Positions 9,183 to 18,653 are shown, counted from the stretch's first letter. The stretch is 64,000 nucleotides of DNA from an uncultured Christensenella sp. (GCA_949293905.1 CASFFG010000005.1:78-64077), one strand, 5' to 3'. Notes: generated by a model not told the origin, from the letters alone. Translations and numbers: made by a program.

Positions 9183-11825
9183 CTAGTTTTTAGGATATTT
9201 GATATTTGCCTGAGCAGCAGCAAGTCTTGCAATTGGAACGCGGTATGGCGAACATGAAACATAATCCAAGCCGATTTTATGGCAGAACTCAATTGATGAA
9301 GGGTCTCCACCATGCTCCCCACATATTCCAGCGTGCAAGTCTGGACGAGTAGATTTACCAAGTTTAATAGCCATTTCCATTAACTTACCAACGCCAACAG
9401 TATCAAGACGCGCGAATGGATCACTCTCGTAAATCTTATTGCTATAGTATGAAGGTAAGAATTTACCAGCATCGTCACGGCTGAAACCGAATGTCATTTG
9501 AGTTAAATCGTTAGTACCAAAGCAGAAGAATTCGGCTTCTTTTGCGATTTCGTCCGCAGTAAGTGCTGCACGCGGAATTTCAATCATAGTACCAACTTCG
9601 TATTTTAAGTTAGATTTTGCTTCCCTGATAACTTCGTCTGCCGTTGCTACAACTATCTTTTTGACAAATTCTAATTCTTTAACCTCTCCAACTAGCGGAA
9701 TCATAATTTCTGGGCAAACTTTCCAGTCTTTGTGCTTATTTTGAACATTTATCGCTGCCTTAATAACTGCTCTAGTTTGCATAACTGCAATTTCTGGATA
9801 AGTCACTGTAAGTCGGCAACCGCGATGTCCCATCATTGGATTAAACTCGTGTAAATCCGCGATAATTTGCTTAATTTCAGCGACTGTCTTACCCTGAGTC
9901 TTTGCTAGGGCGGCAATATCTTCTTCAGTTGTTGGGACGAACTCGTGCAAAGGTGGATCTAAGAAACGAATAGTAACTGGCATACCTTTCATCGCTTCCA
10001 TTAGCCCTTCAAAGTCCTTTTGTTGCATTGGTTCGATTTTGTCTAATGCCTTAACGCGTGCTTCTTGTGTGTCGGCACAAATCATTTCACGGAAAGCACC
10101 TATTCTTTCTGGGTCGAAGAACATATGCTCAGTACGGCATAGTCCTATACCTTGTGCCCCAAGTTCAATGGCGCGTTTCGCGTCCGCTGGCGTATCCGAA
10201 TTTGTTCGAACGCCTAATGCTTTATATTTATCAGCAAGGCGCATAATTCTACCGAAATACCCGCTATTAGGGTCAGCAGGAACGGTCTTAATCTCACAGT
10301 CGTAGATTTTACCAGTCGAACCATCGAGTGAAATAGCATCTCCTTCATGGAAAGTCTTTCCAGACAATGTGAATTTCTTATTTTCTTCGTCCATCTTGAT
10401 TTCGCCGCAACCAGATACACAGCAAGTCCCCATTCCGCGAGCAACAACAGCAGCGTGTGAGGTCTGTCCGCCACGAACGGTCAAAATACCTTGCGCGTAT
10501 TTCATACCTTCAATGTCTTCTGGGCTAGTTTCTAGACGAACTAGTACGACTTTTTTACCTTTCTTTCCTTCGGTAACTGCGTCTTCCGCTGTAAACACGA
10601 TTGTACCAGTAGCAGCACCTGGGCTTGCTGGAATACCCTTGCCTACAACATTATTTTTATCTGCATTGCTAAGTGAGGTTGTGTCGAAAGTTGGGTGTAG
10701 AAGCATATCCAAAGATTTAGCATCAATTTGCATCAATGCTTCTTTTTCAGTTATCATCTTTTCATCAATTAAATCACACGCAATTTTAATTGCAGCGGCG
10801 GCAGTACGCTTACCGTTACGAGTCTGTAACATATAGAGTTTCTTGTCTTCAATAGTGAACTCCATATCTTGCATATCTCTATAATGGTTTTCTAGAATGT
10901 CACAAATCTTTTTAAATTGTTCATATACTTCAGGCATAACTTCTGCCATTTTTGAAATCGGCATTGGAGTGCGAACGCCTGCTACGACGTCTTCACCTTG
11001 TGCGTTTAAAAGGAATTCTCCCATGAGACCTTTTTCACCAGTCGCTGGGTTACGAGTAAACGCAACACCTGTACCGCTCGTCTCTCCCATATTACCGAAC
11101 ACCATCATCTGTACATTAACCGCTGTACCCCATGAATAAGGAATATCGTGGTCCATACGATAGATGTTTGCACGCGGATTATCCCATGAACGGAATACCG
11201 CTTTAATTGCTTCAAATAATTGTTCCTTAGGGTCACTAGGAAAATCCTTACCTAACTGCTTTTTATACTCGGCTTTAAATTGATTAGCAAGTTCTTTAAG
11301 GTCGTCCGCTGTAAGTTCTACGTCGTAAGTTACGCCCTTCTTTTCTTTCATTTGGTCGATAAGTTTTTCAAAATACTTTTTCCCGACTTCCATAACTACA
11401 TCGCTGAACATTTGGATAAATCTACGATAGCAGTCCCAAGCCCAGCGTGGATTTCCACTCTTTTTAGCAAGAGTTTCAACTACTGTTTCATTAAGTCCTA
11501 AATTTAAAATTGTATCCATCATACCCGGCATACTAGCGCGTGCACCCGAACGAACGGACACTAAAAGTGGATTTTCTTTGTCCCCGAATTTCTTTCCGGT
11601 AATCTTTTCCATTTTAGCAATGTTTTCGATAATCTCTGCTTGAATAGCATCGTTAATCTTCTTCCCGTCTTCGTAGTACTGAGTACATGCTTCCGTACTA
11701 ATAGTAAAACCTTGTGGAACAGGAAGTCCAATCTTTGTCATTTCTGCAAGGTTTGCTCCTTTCCCGCCCAACAGTTCGCGCATGTTTGCGTTGCCTTCGC
11801 TAAATTGATAAACATATTTTTTCAT
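9183..11825 (-). CDS. ppdK: pyruvate, phosphate dikinase
   Basis: PEP-utilising enzyme motifs are present, including GGKGANLAEM at the N-terminus, the phosphohistidine region GGQTSHAAVVARGMG, and the TIM-barrel C-terminus (NDLTQMTFGFSRDD). I prefer the ATG at 11825 (MKKYVYQF, with GGAG upstream) to the track start at 11855. Confidence 0.95.
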   Translation of the reverse strand: MKKYVYQFSEGNANMRELLGGKGANLAEMTKIGLPVPQGFTISTEACTQYYEDGKKINDAIQAEIIENIAKMEKITGKKFGDKENPLLVSVRSGARASMPGMMDTILNLGLNETVVETLAKKSGNPRWAWDCYRRFIQMFSDVVMEVGKKYFEKLIDQMKEKKGVTYDVELTADDLKELANQFKAEYKKQLGKDFPSDPKEQLFEAIKAVFRSWDNPRANIYRMDHDIPYSWGTAVNVQMMVFGNMGETSGTGVAFTRNPATGEKGLMGEFLLNAQGEDVVAGVRTPMPISKMAEVMPEVYEQFKKICDILENHYRDMQDMEFTIEDKKLYMLQTRNGKRTAAAAIKIACDLIDEKMITEKEALMQIDAKSLDMLLHPTFDTTSLSNADKNNVVGKGIPASPGAATGTIVFTAEDAVTEGKKGKKVVLVRLETSPEDIEGMKYAQGILTVRGGQTSHAAVVARGMGTCCVSGCGEIKMDEENKKFTLSGKTFHEGDAISLDGSTGKIYDCEIKTVPADPNSGYFGRIMRLADKYKALGVRTNSDTPADAKRAIELGAQGIGLCRTEHMFFDPERIGAFREMICADTQEARVKALDKIEPMQQKDFEGLMEAMKGMPVTIRFLDPPLHEFVPTTEEDIAALAKTQGKTVAEIKQIIADLHEFNPMMGHRGCRLTVTYPEIAVMQTRAVIKAAINVQNKHKDWKVCPEIMIPLVGEVKELEFVKKIVVATADEVIREAKSNLKYEVGTMIEIPRAALTADEIAKEAEFFCFGTNDLTQMTFGFSRDDAGKFLPSYYSNKIYESDPFARLDTVGVGKLMEMAIKLGKSTRPDLHAGICGEHGGDPSSIEFCHKIGLDYVSCSPYRVPIARLAAAQANIKYPKN

Positions 11826-12055
11826 AAAGTCTCCTTGTAAATTAGAATAATTCAAGTTTACAAAAATGGACTAAAAAAAGCAACTGATTAAATTACATTT
11901 TTTTATTTAATAAGGTAAAAATTAAAAATATATGAAAAATTTTTAAATATTAAAAATAATCTAGTAATATAAAAAATAAAAAAAAATTAAAAAATCATTA
12001 AATTTTTATATTTTTCACGATTTTTTTGCAATTTTTTATTTATTTTTTAAATTTT

Positions 12056-12733
12056 TTAGATAAATTCAAACGATTTTATATCTTCGTTAAATTTAATAAA
12101 TATTACATTATGCAATAATCTCAGTACTTGTTTTAGCGTTCTCTCTTGCAGGTTTTCTTCGACATATGAATTCTTCGCGATATTATATAAACATGAATAA
12201 ACTTTTAAATCTATGAGGGAGGAAAAATTATCTTTTATGTTTGTAAAGTTTCCGCTTGATTTATCTAGATATATTTGATTGCCTTCAACGAAAATTAATT
12301 CTAGTCCTGAAAAATTTAAAAAGTTTAAAATAAACTCAATAGTCGCAATATATGGATTTTTAGTTTCAACGTTTTTTAGTGCAGATATAGTTAGGGCAAA
12401 AATTTCTTTTTCGCTCTTTTCGTTTGGCAAAATTGAATTGATAATATCAAGCACAATATATCCGTTCATCATGCGCGAATAGTCGGTTAAAACATCCTTA
12501 AATGAATCAAGTAAATATGCGTTGGTTATCGTCTTATTACCTTTATCGTTAATATTGAATTCAGCAAATACGAATGGTTGAGCGAGCGCTTTAAATTTCG
12601 CTTTTTCGCGTTTTACTCCCGTAAATTTTGCTAAAATTTTTCCGCGCTCTAATGTAAAAATAGATGCGAGTTTGTCCGCATCTTTATAGTCGATGAGTTT
12701 ACATATTATTCCCTTAACTTTTAATTCCTGCAT
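12056..12733 (-). CDS. recO: DNA repair protein RecO
   Basis: 225 aa. N-terminal OB-fold-like sequence VKGIICKLIDYKDADKLASIFTLERGKI, and a conserved position downstream of era. Confidence 0.8.
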   Translation of the reverse strand: MQELKVKGIICKLIDYKDADKLASIFTLERGKILAKFTGVKREKAKFKALAQPFVFAEFNINDKGNKTITNAYLLDSFKDVLTDYSRMMNGYIVLDIINSILPNEKSEKEIFALTISALKNVETKNPYIATIEFILNFLNFSGLELIFVEGNQIYLDKSSGNFTNIKDNFSSLIDLKVYSCLYNIAKNSYVEENLQERTLKQVLRLLHNVIFIKFNEDIKSFEFI

Positions 12734-12775
12734 ATCTTTTGTTTTAATTTTTGTTTTTATTTTATAATGTCGGTT

Positions 12776-12949
12776 TTAAACCAATAATGTTTGCTCGTAA
12801 TTTTCAACACGCTCACTAAGTAAAAGCGGAGCATTCGTTCGTTCAATGAATTTAGAGGCCATGAAAAACTCTATTCTACCAGTAAGATATGCTAAATTCA
12901 TATAACTCGTCATCATCGCTTTTGCGTCATCGTTGTATTTGTTTTTCAT
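12776..12949 (-). CDS. small hypothetical protein (57 aa) between era and recO
   Basis: Below the ORF-track size cutoff. AGGAGAG RBS 4 nt before the ATG at 12949. Sequence: MKNKYNDDAKAMMTSYMNLAYLTGRIEFFMASKFIERTNAPLLLSERVENYEQTLLV. It occupies the slot where Bacillus has the small gene yqzL, but I see no similarity to it. Confidence 0.5.
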   Translation of the reverse strand: MKNKYNDDAKAMMTSYMNLAYLTGRIEFFMASKFIERTNAPLLLSERVENYEQTLLV

Positions 12950-12989
12950 AACTCTCTCCTTTTTTCTATTCTATGTTGGAACAAAATTT

Positions 12990-14357
12990 TTATTCACTGA
13001 CATCAAGCCCAAATGTTGAAATCATCTTTTCATCATTTCGCCAATTTGGTTTAACTTTTACAAAAATTTGTAAATTTACGCGTTTTTCTATCAATTTTTC
13101 GATAGAATTTCGTGATTTTGTGGAAATTTCTTTAATTTTCGCGCCATTCTTACCCAAAATTATTGATTTATGATTTTCGCGCTCACAGTATAAATCGGCG
13201 TAAATTTCGACTGGGTCGGCGCTTTCCTTATAGTCAGTTACAACGACATGTATGCCGTGTGGGATTTCGTCGTCTAGTGCCATTAATGCTTTCTCGCGAA
13301 TGATTTCGGCACACATATGTCGCAAGTCTTTATCCGTGTATTCGTCAACTGGATAATATCTCATTTCGTAATCATACTCGGGAAGGTATTTTTTTATCAT
13401 ATCGATTAGTACATCACAATTTTTTCCCTTTAATGCGGATATAGGAAGAATTTCGTCAACCACTGCTTTCCCGCCAAGTTTTATTAGTTCGGGATAAAGC
13501 TTTTCGTAACTAACTTCGTCAATTTTATTTATTAGCAAAATTTTCTTTGCTCTTGAATTAATCTTTTTTACAATTTCATCGTATTGCTGAACGAGTGGAC
13601 GGCGGGCAGAAATCATCATAAGAATAATTTCAGTGTCTTCCGTCGCATTTCCGATTTGCCTATCCATCGCATCGTCAATCTTATAGGCGTGCTTATGATA
13701 ACCAGGGGTATCTAAAAACACAATTTGAGTATGCTCGTCATTGTACACGCCGACAATGGTTTCACGCGTGGTCTGTGATTTAGGGGTAACTATTGCAACA
13801 TGCTCGCCAACGAGTTTATTGATTAGCGTACTCTTCCCTACGTTTGTATCACCGACGATCGTCACAAAACCAGATTTAAATGGAACATCTCGCCCGATAT
13901 TTAGTTTTGTCATTATCTCTTCTTGAAGTTTGGTCATTATCTCTTCGTCCGCGCGCTCTATGTGGTCGTAACCTAGCAGATGCAACATACCGTGACAGAA
14001 GAGAAAACAAACTTCGCGCTTTAATGTGTGATTATACAACCTGGCTTGCTCTACCGCGCGCTCAGTACAAATATATATGTCGCCTATCGTTAAAATTTTA
14101 TCTTCTGGGTCGATATCGAGAGAATAATCTTTAAGGCGCAGTTTTTCGTTTGGTTTTAAATTTATATATGGATAGGTCAAAACATCAGTAACCTTATCTA
14201 TCCCGCGTGTAGATTTATTAAGTTTTCGTATTTCATCACTACTAATAAAATTTAGGTTCACGCGAATTCTTTTGGGCAAAGAAAAGCGGTCGGCAATATA
14301 AACATATACCCGATTTAAATCGCTTTTAAATTCTATGTTACCTAAAATTTCAAGCAT
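12990..14357 (-). CDS. era: fusion protein: YbeY endoribonuclease (N-terminal, about 150 aa) plus Era GTPase (C-terminal, about 300 aa)
   Basis: YbeY metal site HGMLHLLGYDH. Then Era G1 GDTNVGKST, G3 DTPG, G4 NKID, and the KH domain HKSIILGKNGAKIKEI. All lie in a single uninterrupted 455-aa frame. Confidence 0.9.
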   Translation of the reverse strand: MLEILGNIEFKSDLNRVYVYIADRFSLPKRIRVNLNFISSDEIRKLNKSTRGIDKVTDVLTYPYINLKPNEKLRLKDYSLDIDPEDKILTIGDIYICTERAVEQARLYNHTLKREVCFLFCHGMLHLLGYDHIERADEEIMTKLQEEIMTKLNIGRDVPFKSGFVTIVGDTNVGKSTLINKLVGEHVAIVTPKSQTTRETIVGVYNDEHTQIVFLDTPGYHKHAYKIDDAMDRQIGNATEDTEIILMMISARRPLVQQYDEIVKKINSRAKKILLINKIDEVSYEKLYPELIKLGGKAVVDEILPISALKGKNCDVLIDMIKKYLPEYDYEMRYYPVDEYTDKDLRHMCAEIIREKALMALDDEIPHGIHVVVTDYKESADPVEIYADLYCERENHKSIILGKNGAKIKEISTKSRNSIEKLIEKRVNLQIFVKVKPNWRNDEKMISTFGLDVSE

Positions 14358-15441
14358 GAATAATTCCTTCTATCGTAAGCGTGGTCGTAGAATACAAGAT
14401 GTTGTCGATTACGGTCGAAGTCGTCTTTTCGACTAGAATTTCCGCGTTTTTAGGTAGAGTTCCACGCGCTAAATCTCGACTTTTATTCTCGTTCTCTTCT
14501 AGTTCGGCGGACAAATTGTGCTCGATTGTGACATAATCTAGTTCGTAGTAAGTTATGACGTCTCGACTAAGTGGAAGAATATCGCTTACATTTTCATTAT
14601 ACAACTCGGTTTCAAAAAGTGCAAACAAATTTTTAGTCTTACCCGAAAAAATGTATCTATTAAAAATTTTGTATTCGTAGCAGGTTATTTCTCGCCCTGT
14701 TCGAACGAGTTTTCTCTCACTCGCGGATAAAATTGCGGTCGAATTTATATAAATTTCGCCAAAAATTTCGGCAAATGGTTGGACGGATACCTTATTTCCA
14801 TTGCTATCAATATTAAAAGGTAGGACTAGAATATCTCCAATATTGACATAGTCGCCGACCTTTACATTTAGTGTGCCCGTAACGAGATTAATATCTCTAA
14901 TTATTCCGCAAAATTCAGCCGTAATAGGCTCATACTCGATTTCGTCATAAACTAATTTTTCACTAATATTTATTATTATTGCAGTACCTTCCCTGATTAC
15001 GGATACTTGCGCTATTCTATCGTAATTATTGAGCAATATACTCTCTATTTCTTCGCTCGACTCCATGTTGATTTTACCAACTTTTACACCGTTTTCCGCT
15101 AGGACATTTATAATCTCTTCATCGGTCAAATTTTCTGCGCCATAAATTCTAATCTGCCATGTGTAGTTGCTAAGGAAGAGAAAAAAGATTGTCCCAAAGA
15201 AGACAGCAAGTACTATTCCTAAGTTTGCTAAGAGTATTTTAGGAAGTCGGCGGAAAAAGTCTGGAGTTAAATTAGATTTATAGTTTTTTATGTATCTCTT
15301 TACTTTTTTCTCGTCCGCGCGAGATGTTTCAAAAGTTACATGGTCGTGAGATAGGCGCGTTAAATTATATAGTGTGACCTTTTTCGAGTACAAAGTTTTT
15401 AATAAATTATCTATATTATAGCCTTTTAATTCAAATTTCAT
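14350..15441 (-). CDS. yqfD: sporulation protein YqfD-like (stage IV)
   Basis: N-terminal MKFELKGYNIDNLLKTLYSKKVTLYNL, one central TM helix, and a position directly after yqfC. The ATG at 15441 overlaps the yqfC stop (ATGA), which I prefer to the track start at 15480. Confidence 0.75.
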   Translation of the reverse strand: MKFELKGYNIDNLLKTLYSKKVTLYNLTRLSHDHVTFETSRADEKKVKRYIKNYKSNLTPDFFRRLPKILLANLGIVLAVFFGTIFFLFLSNYTWQIRIYGAENLTDEEIINVLAENGVKVGKINMESSEEIESILLNNYDRIAQVSVIREGTAIIINISEKLVYDEIEYEPITAEFCGIIRDINLVTGTLNVKVGDYVNIGDILVLPFNIDSNGNKVSVQPFAEIFGEIYINSTAILSASERKLVRTGREITCYEYKIFNRYIFSGKTKNLFALFETELYNENVSDILPLSRDVITYYELDYVTIEHNLSAELEENENKSRDLARGTLPKNAEILVEKTTSTVIDNILYSTTTLTIEGIIHA

Positions 15442-15692
15442 TTCGTCACCACTGAGTTTATTTCTCCGTTTATTACGCAACTAGATTTATCTAAATACTT
15501 GATTACTAGATTGGCGCCCGAGATTTCTAAAACCTTATTTTTTAACTGAAAAGTCATCTCGTCCACTCCAAAATTTAGAACTGACTTTATTCCTTCAATG
15601 TATACACTCTTCCCGCCAAGATTTACTATTCTGTAATTAATTGAAGTACCAGTGGACAACATAAACTTCTCTATTTCATCTAACATACTCAT
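15438..15692 (-). CDS. yqfC: sporulation protein YqfC-like
   Basis: 84 aa. Small beta-rich protein (VNLGGKSVYIEGIKSVLNFGVDEMTF) paired with yqfD as in Bacillus and Clostridium. Confidence 0.75.
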   Translation of the reverse strand: MSMLDEIEKFMLSTGTSINYRIVNLGGKSVYIEGIKSVLNFGVDEMTFQLKNKVLEISGANLVIKYLDKSSCVINGEINSVVTK

Positions 15693-15839
15693 ATAAAAAT
15701 ATATGTGAAAAATACCGCCCTTAGAATATTTAAAATCATAAGCAAGATTACTATTTTTTCTTCATTATCTTTAAGACTACTAGATTTTAAGTTTTTTAAT
15801 AAAATTTATTATCACTTTTTAGTATACGGACATATATAC

Positions 15840-15868
15840 TTGACAAATTTTTAAAACTTTGTTATATA
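15840..15868 (+). promoter_or_regulatory. strong sigma-A type promoter
   Basis: TTGACA (15840-15845), 17 nt, TATATA (15863-15868), preceded by TGt (extended -10). Confidence 0.7.
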
Positions 15869-15891
15869 AATAGTATAAAAGGAGTGCGCGT

Positions 15892-16238
15892 ATGGAAATT
15901 AAGGAAAGAAAGTTAATTGTTGAACTCTGTGGACGAGTTAGAGAAAGGAAAAATATTTTTGATACAGCGGAAGATAAATCTACTCCACACCACAATTTAA
16001 GCACTTTGGAATTCGTAAAAAGTCAAAGAGTTGCCAAAGCAAAAAACTGGGTTATAAATCAGTAGAAGAATACGATAGAGAGTGTAGAATAGAAAAAAAC
16101 GCACGAGCAAGAGTAGAATATAATGAAAGTCACGGTATAAGCGGCGGTTTATATGATGGCGCAGGAAGAGGTTATTACATAAGTAGTGGCGAGAAAGCGG
16201 TAGGCGCAGTTACAAATCTTGCTGAAAGTAAGATTTAA
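15892..16238 (+). CDS. hypothetical protein encoded in two overlapping frames. Frame 0 (15892-16065) gives 57 aa with its own stop. The -1 frame is open 15978-16238. A -1 slip at 16041-16047 would give about 115 aa.
   Basis: GGAG lies 7 nt upstream of the ATG at 15892. The -1 frame is stop-free for 86 codons but contains no ATG, GTG or TTG, so it cannot initiate on its own. A promoter lies upstream and a terminator downstream. Neither half is in the ORF track. Confidence 0.5.
16041..16047 (+). other. candidate -1 frameshift heptamer A_AAA_AAC, or the site of a homopolymer indel
   Basis: Frame-0 codons are GCA AAA AAC, so the heptamer is in X_XXY_YYZ phase. The same A6C motif is used by IS1 insAB'. 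Confidence 0.35.
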
Positions 16239-16255
16239 TAGTAAAAATTAAATAT

Positions 16256-16283
16256 AAAAAGTGACCAAATTGGTCACTTTTTT
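16256..16283. terminator. bidirectional rho-independent terminator
   Basis: GTGACCA-aat-TGGTCAC (16261-16277) flanked by AAAAA and TTTTTT. It serves the plus-strand unit and the convergent ABC-F gene. Confidence 0.8.
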
Positions 16284-16286
16284 GGT

Positions 16287-17867
16287 TTATTTTTTCATTT
16301 GGGTTTCGACATAGGTTTCGTAGTCGATTTCCTTATCGTATTCGAGAGTGGAATTTATGCGAATTATTCGGTTCGCTACGGTCGACATAATCTCTTCGTC
16401 ATGGGTTGAGAAAATCATGCAACCTTCAAATCGTTCCATGCCTTTATTAAGTGCGGTGATTGATTCTAGGTCTAAGTGGTTGGTAGGTTCATCGAGCAAT
16501 AAGAAATTTCCAGACTGCAACATCATTCGCGCTAACATACAGCGAACTCTTTCTCCACCTGATAAGACTTTTGCTTTCTTCTCTGCTTCTTCCCCACTGA
16601 AAAGCATACGACCTAACCACGAACGCAAGAAAGTTACATCATTTTCTTTTGTGTACTGCCCTATCCACTCGATTAGGTTCAAGTCGCAATTTTCAAAATA
16701 CGAATTATTGTTTTGCGGAAGGTAGGTAGGAGTAATTGTCTTACCCCATCTTACTTCACCTTTATAGTCCGTATCCTTACCAGCGAGAATATCAAAAAGC
16801 GCGGTCACAACATTACTATTATTCGACATAATCGCAATTTTATTATCTGGGCGGACAGTGAATGAAACATTCTCGAATAGTCCTTTTTTAGTCAAATTCT
16901 TCACAAACAAAATGTCGTTTCCTATCCTTTGTTCAAACTTAAAATCGATATATGGATACTTTCTACTCGACGGCTTAATATCTTCAATCGTTAGTCGTTC
17001 AAGTTCCTTTTTCCTACTCGTTGCCTGCTTAGATTTAGACGCATTGGCCGAGAAGCGTGCAATAAATTCTTGTAATTCCTTTGCGCGTTGCTCTGCCTTT
17101 TTATTCTGGTCTTTTTGCTGTTTCAATGCAAGTTGGCTAGTTTCATACCAGAAATCATAGTTACCGAGATATAAATTTATTTTTCCGTAGTCTATATCGC
17201 AAATGTGAGTACAAACTTTATTTAAGAAGTGCCTATTATGACTCACGATGATTATAGTATTTTCAAAATTTAGAATGAAATCTTCCAACCAGCGAATTGT
17301 CTTTAAATCTAGGTTGTTGGTCGGTTCGTCTAAAATTAGGTTATCAGGATTAGAGAAAAGAGCCTGCGCGAGCAAGACTTTCACCTTAATTTTACTATCA
17401 ACATTCGCCATTAATTCATGGTGCAATTCTTTTGGAATTTCAAGGGAATTTAGTAGATTTTCTGCTTCACTTTCTGCGTCCCAGCCGTTTAATTCCATAA
17501 ATTCGGCTTCGAGTTCACCTAATTTTATCCCATCTTCTTCAGTAAAATCTGTCTTTTGATAGTAAACTTCCTTTTCGTCCATAATTTCGACTAATCGCTT
17601 ATGACCCATAAGTACGGTACGAAGGACGGTGTATTCATTGTATTTCTCTTGATTTTGCTCTAATACGGAAAGTCGCTCTTTTGGTGGAATTATTACTTCG
17701 CCTTTGTTTGGCTCTAATTCGCCCGATAGGACTTTCATAAAGGTAGATTTTCCCGCGCCGTTCGCTCCTATTACACCATAGCAGTTGCCCTTTGTGAATT
17801 TTAAATTGACTTCATCAAAAAGTATCCTACTGCCAAATTGGACGGCGACATTGTTTACTGTTATCAT
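16287..17867 (-). CDS. ABC-F family ATPase (two ABC domains, no TM domain; translation-factor type)
   Basis: 526 aa. GANGAGKST and a second nucleotide-binding domain, LSGGERVR..LLLDEPTNHLD, and an inter-domain linker rich in K/E/Q (QQKDQNKKAEQRAKELQEF). Confidence 0.88.
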   Translation of the reverse strand: MITVNNVAVQFGSRILFDEVNLKFTKGNCYGVIGANGAGKSTFMKVLSGELEPNKGEVIIPPKERLSVLEQNQEKYNEYTVLRTVLMGHKRLVEIMDEKEVYYQKTDFTEEDGIKLGELEAEFMELNGWDAESEAENLLNSLEIPKELHHELMANVDSKIKVKVLLAQALFSNPDNLILDEPTNNLDLKTIRWLEDFILNFENTIIIVSHNRHFLNKVCTHICDIDYGKINLYLGNYDFWYETSQLALKQQKDQNKKAEQRAKELQEFIARFSANASKSKQATSRKKELERLTIEDIKPSSRKYPYIDFKFEQRIGNDILFVKNLTKKGLFENVSFTVRPDNKIAIMSNNSNVVTALFDILAGKDTDYKGEVRWGKTITPTYLPQNNNSYFENCDLNLIEWIGQYTKENDVTFLRSWLGRMLFSGEEAEKKAKVLSGGERVRCMLARMMLQSGNFLLLDEPTNHLDLESITALNKGMERFEGCMIFSTHDEEIMSTVANRIIRINSTLEYDKEIDYETYVETQMKK

Positions 17868-17882
17868 AAATTCTCCTTAAAC

Positions 17883-18584
17883 TTAGTTAGTTTTATTTGT
17901 ATCTTCAAGTTTTGCTTGAGCCTTTTTCTTACGGCGATTGTGATATATAATACGGGCTATTATCATCATACCAAGAGTTAAAGTTGCTCCAAGCAACCAG
18001 CCCGCTACGACATCGCTAAAATAGTGCACACCTAAATAAACTCTACTAATTCCAACTAATAAAATAACGATTGGAAACGCAATAGATACCGATATTTTAA
18101 GCGCATTGCTCTTCGCATATTTTATAGTAAAATAAATTATCAATCCAAAAACTGCCATAGACATTACAGCGTGTGTAGACGGAAAACTATAACCTGTTTC
18201 ACTAATCAATGCAATATCTTCTGGGCGCGGACGACGAACTATATATTTTATAATCGTGCTGATAAAACCAGCGCAAAATAGACAGATAAAACCCATTATT
18301 CCATAATATTTCTTCCTAGTCAACATAAATATAACCAGCAAAATTAATATCAAGAAAAATATTGAACCGGCATGGGTTACAACCTTAAAAAAGCCGTTCC
18401 AAAACATATTTCTATCCGAAAAAAGTATTGAATTTAACGAATCTATCACAAAATCGTGACCTGTTAGAGCCAATATCATCATGGTCAAAAAAGATATTAG
18501 CAGTACAAAGAACACGCAAATTGCTACTATTAATTTAACTCTCTTTTCCTTTGGCATAGTTTTATTATACATGAATTTATCCAT
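17883..18584 (-). CDS. PAP2-family lipid phosphatase (undecaprenyl-diphosphatase/BcrC-like)
   Basis: Multi-TM protein with the PAP2 motifs KYIVRRPRP, SFPSTHA and SRVYLGVHYFSDV. Confidence 0.85.
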   Translation of the reverse strand: MDKFMYNKTMPKEKRVKLIVAICVFFVLLISFLTMMILALTGHDFVIDSLNSILFSDRNMFWNGFFKVVTHAGSIFFLILILLVIFMLTRKKYYGIMGFICLFCAGFISTIIKYIVRRPRPEDIALISETGYSFPSTHAVMSMAVFGLIIYFTIKYAKSNALKISVSIAFPIVILLVGISRVYLGVHYFSDVVAGWLLGATLTLGMMIIARIIYHNRRKKKAQAKLEDTNKTN

Positions 18585-18653
18585 TTTGTAAATAATTTAT
18601 AATTAAAAAAGGGCTAAATTTTGATTAGTCCTAGTTGAATTTGTGAATATTTA

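Noticed and set aside
11856-12055. Nearly pure A/T intergenic blocks with recurring words (aaatttttt, cgaaaaatt, ttttataa), also at 45747-45985, 53666-54032 and 63514-63802. I considered CRISPR-like arrays, tandem repeats, a replication origin, or sRNA genes.
   Set aside because: There is no regular repeat-spacer periodicity and no repeat unit longer than about 12 nt. I noticed no DnaA-box (TTATCCACA) clusters by eye. The shared words are what low-complexity A/T DNA produces by chance. These are most simply divergent or convergent promoter and terminator regions.
15819-16004. 61-aa minus-strand ORF listed in the track in the yqfC-abcF gap.
   Set aside because: It has no RBS and a hydrophobic, junk-like sequence. 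It overlaps the plus-strand promoter, RBS and ORF, which have much better signals.
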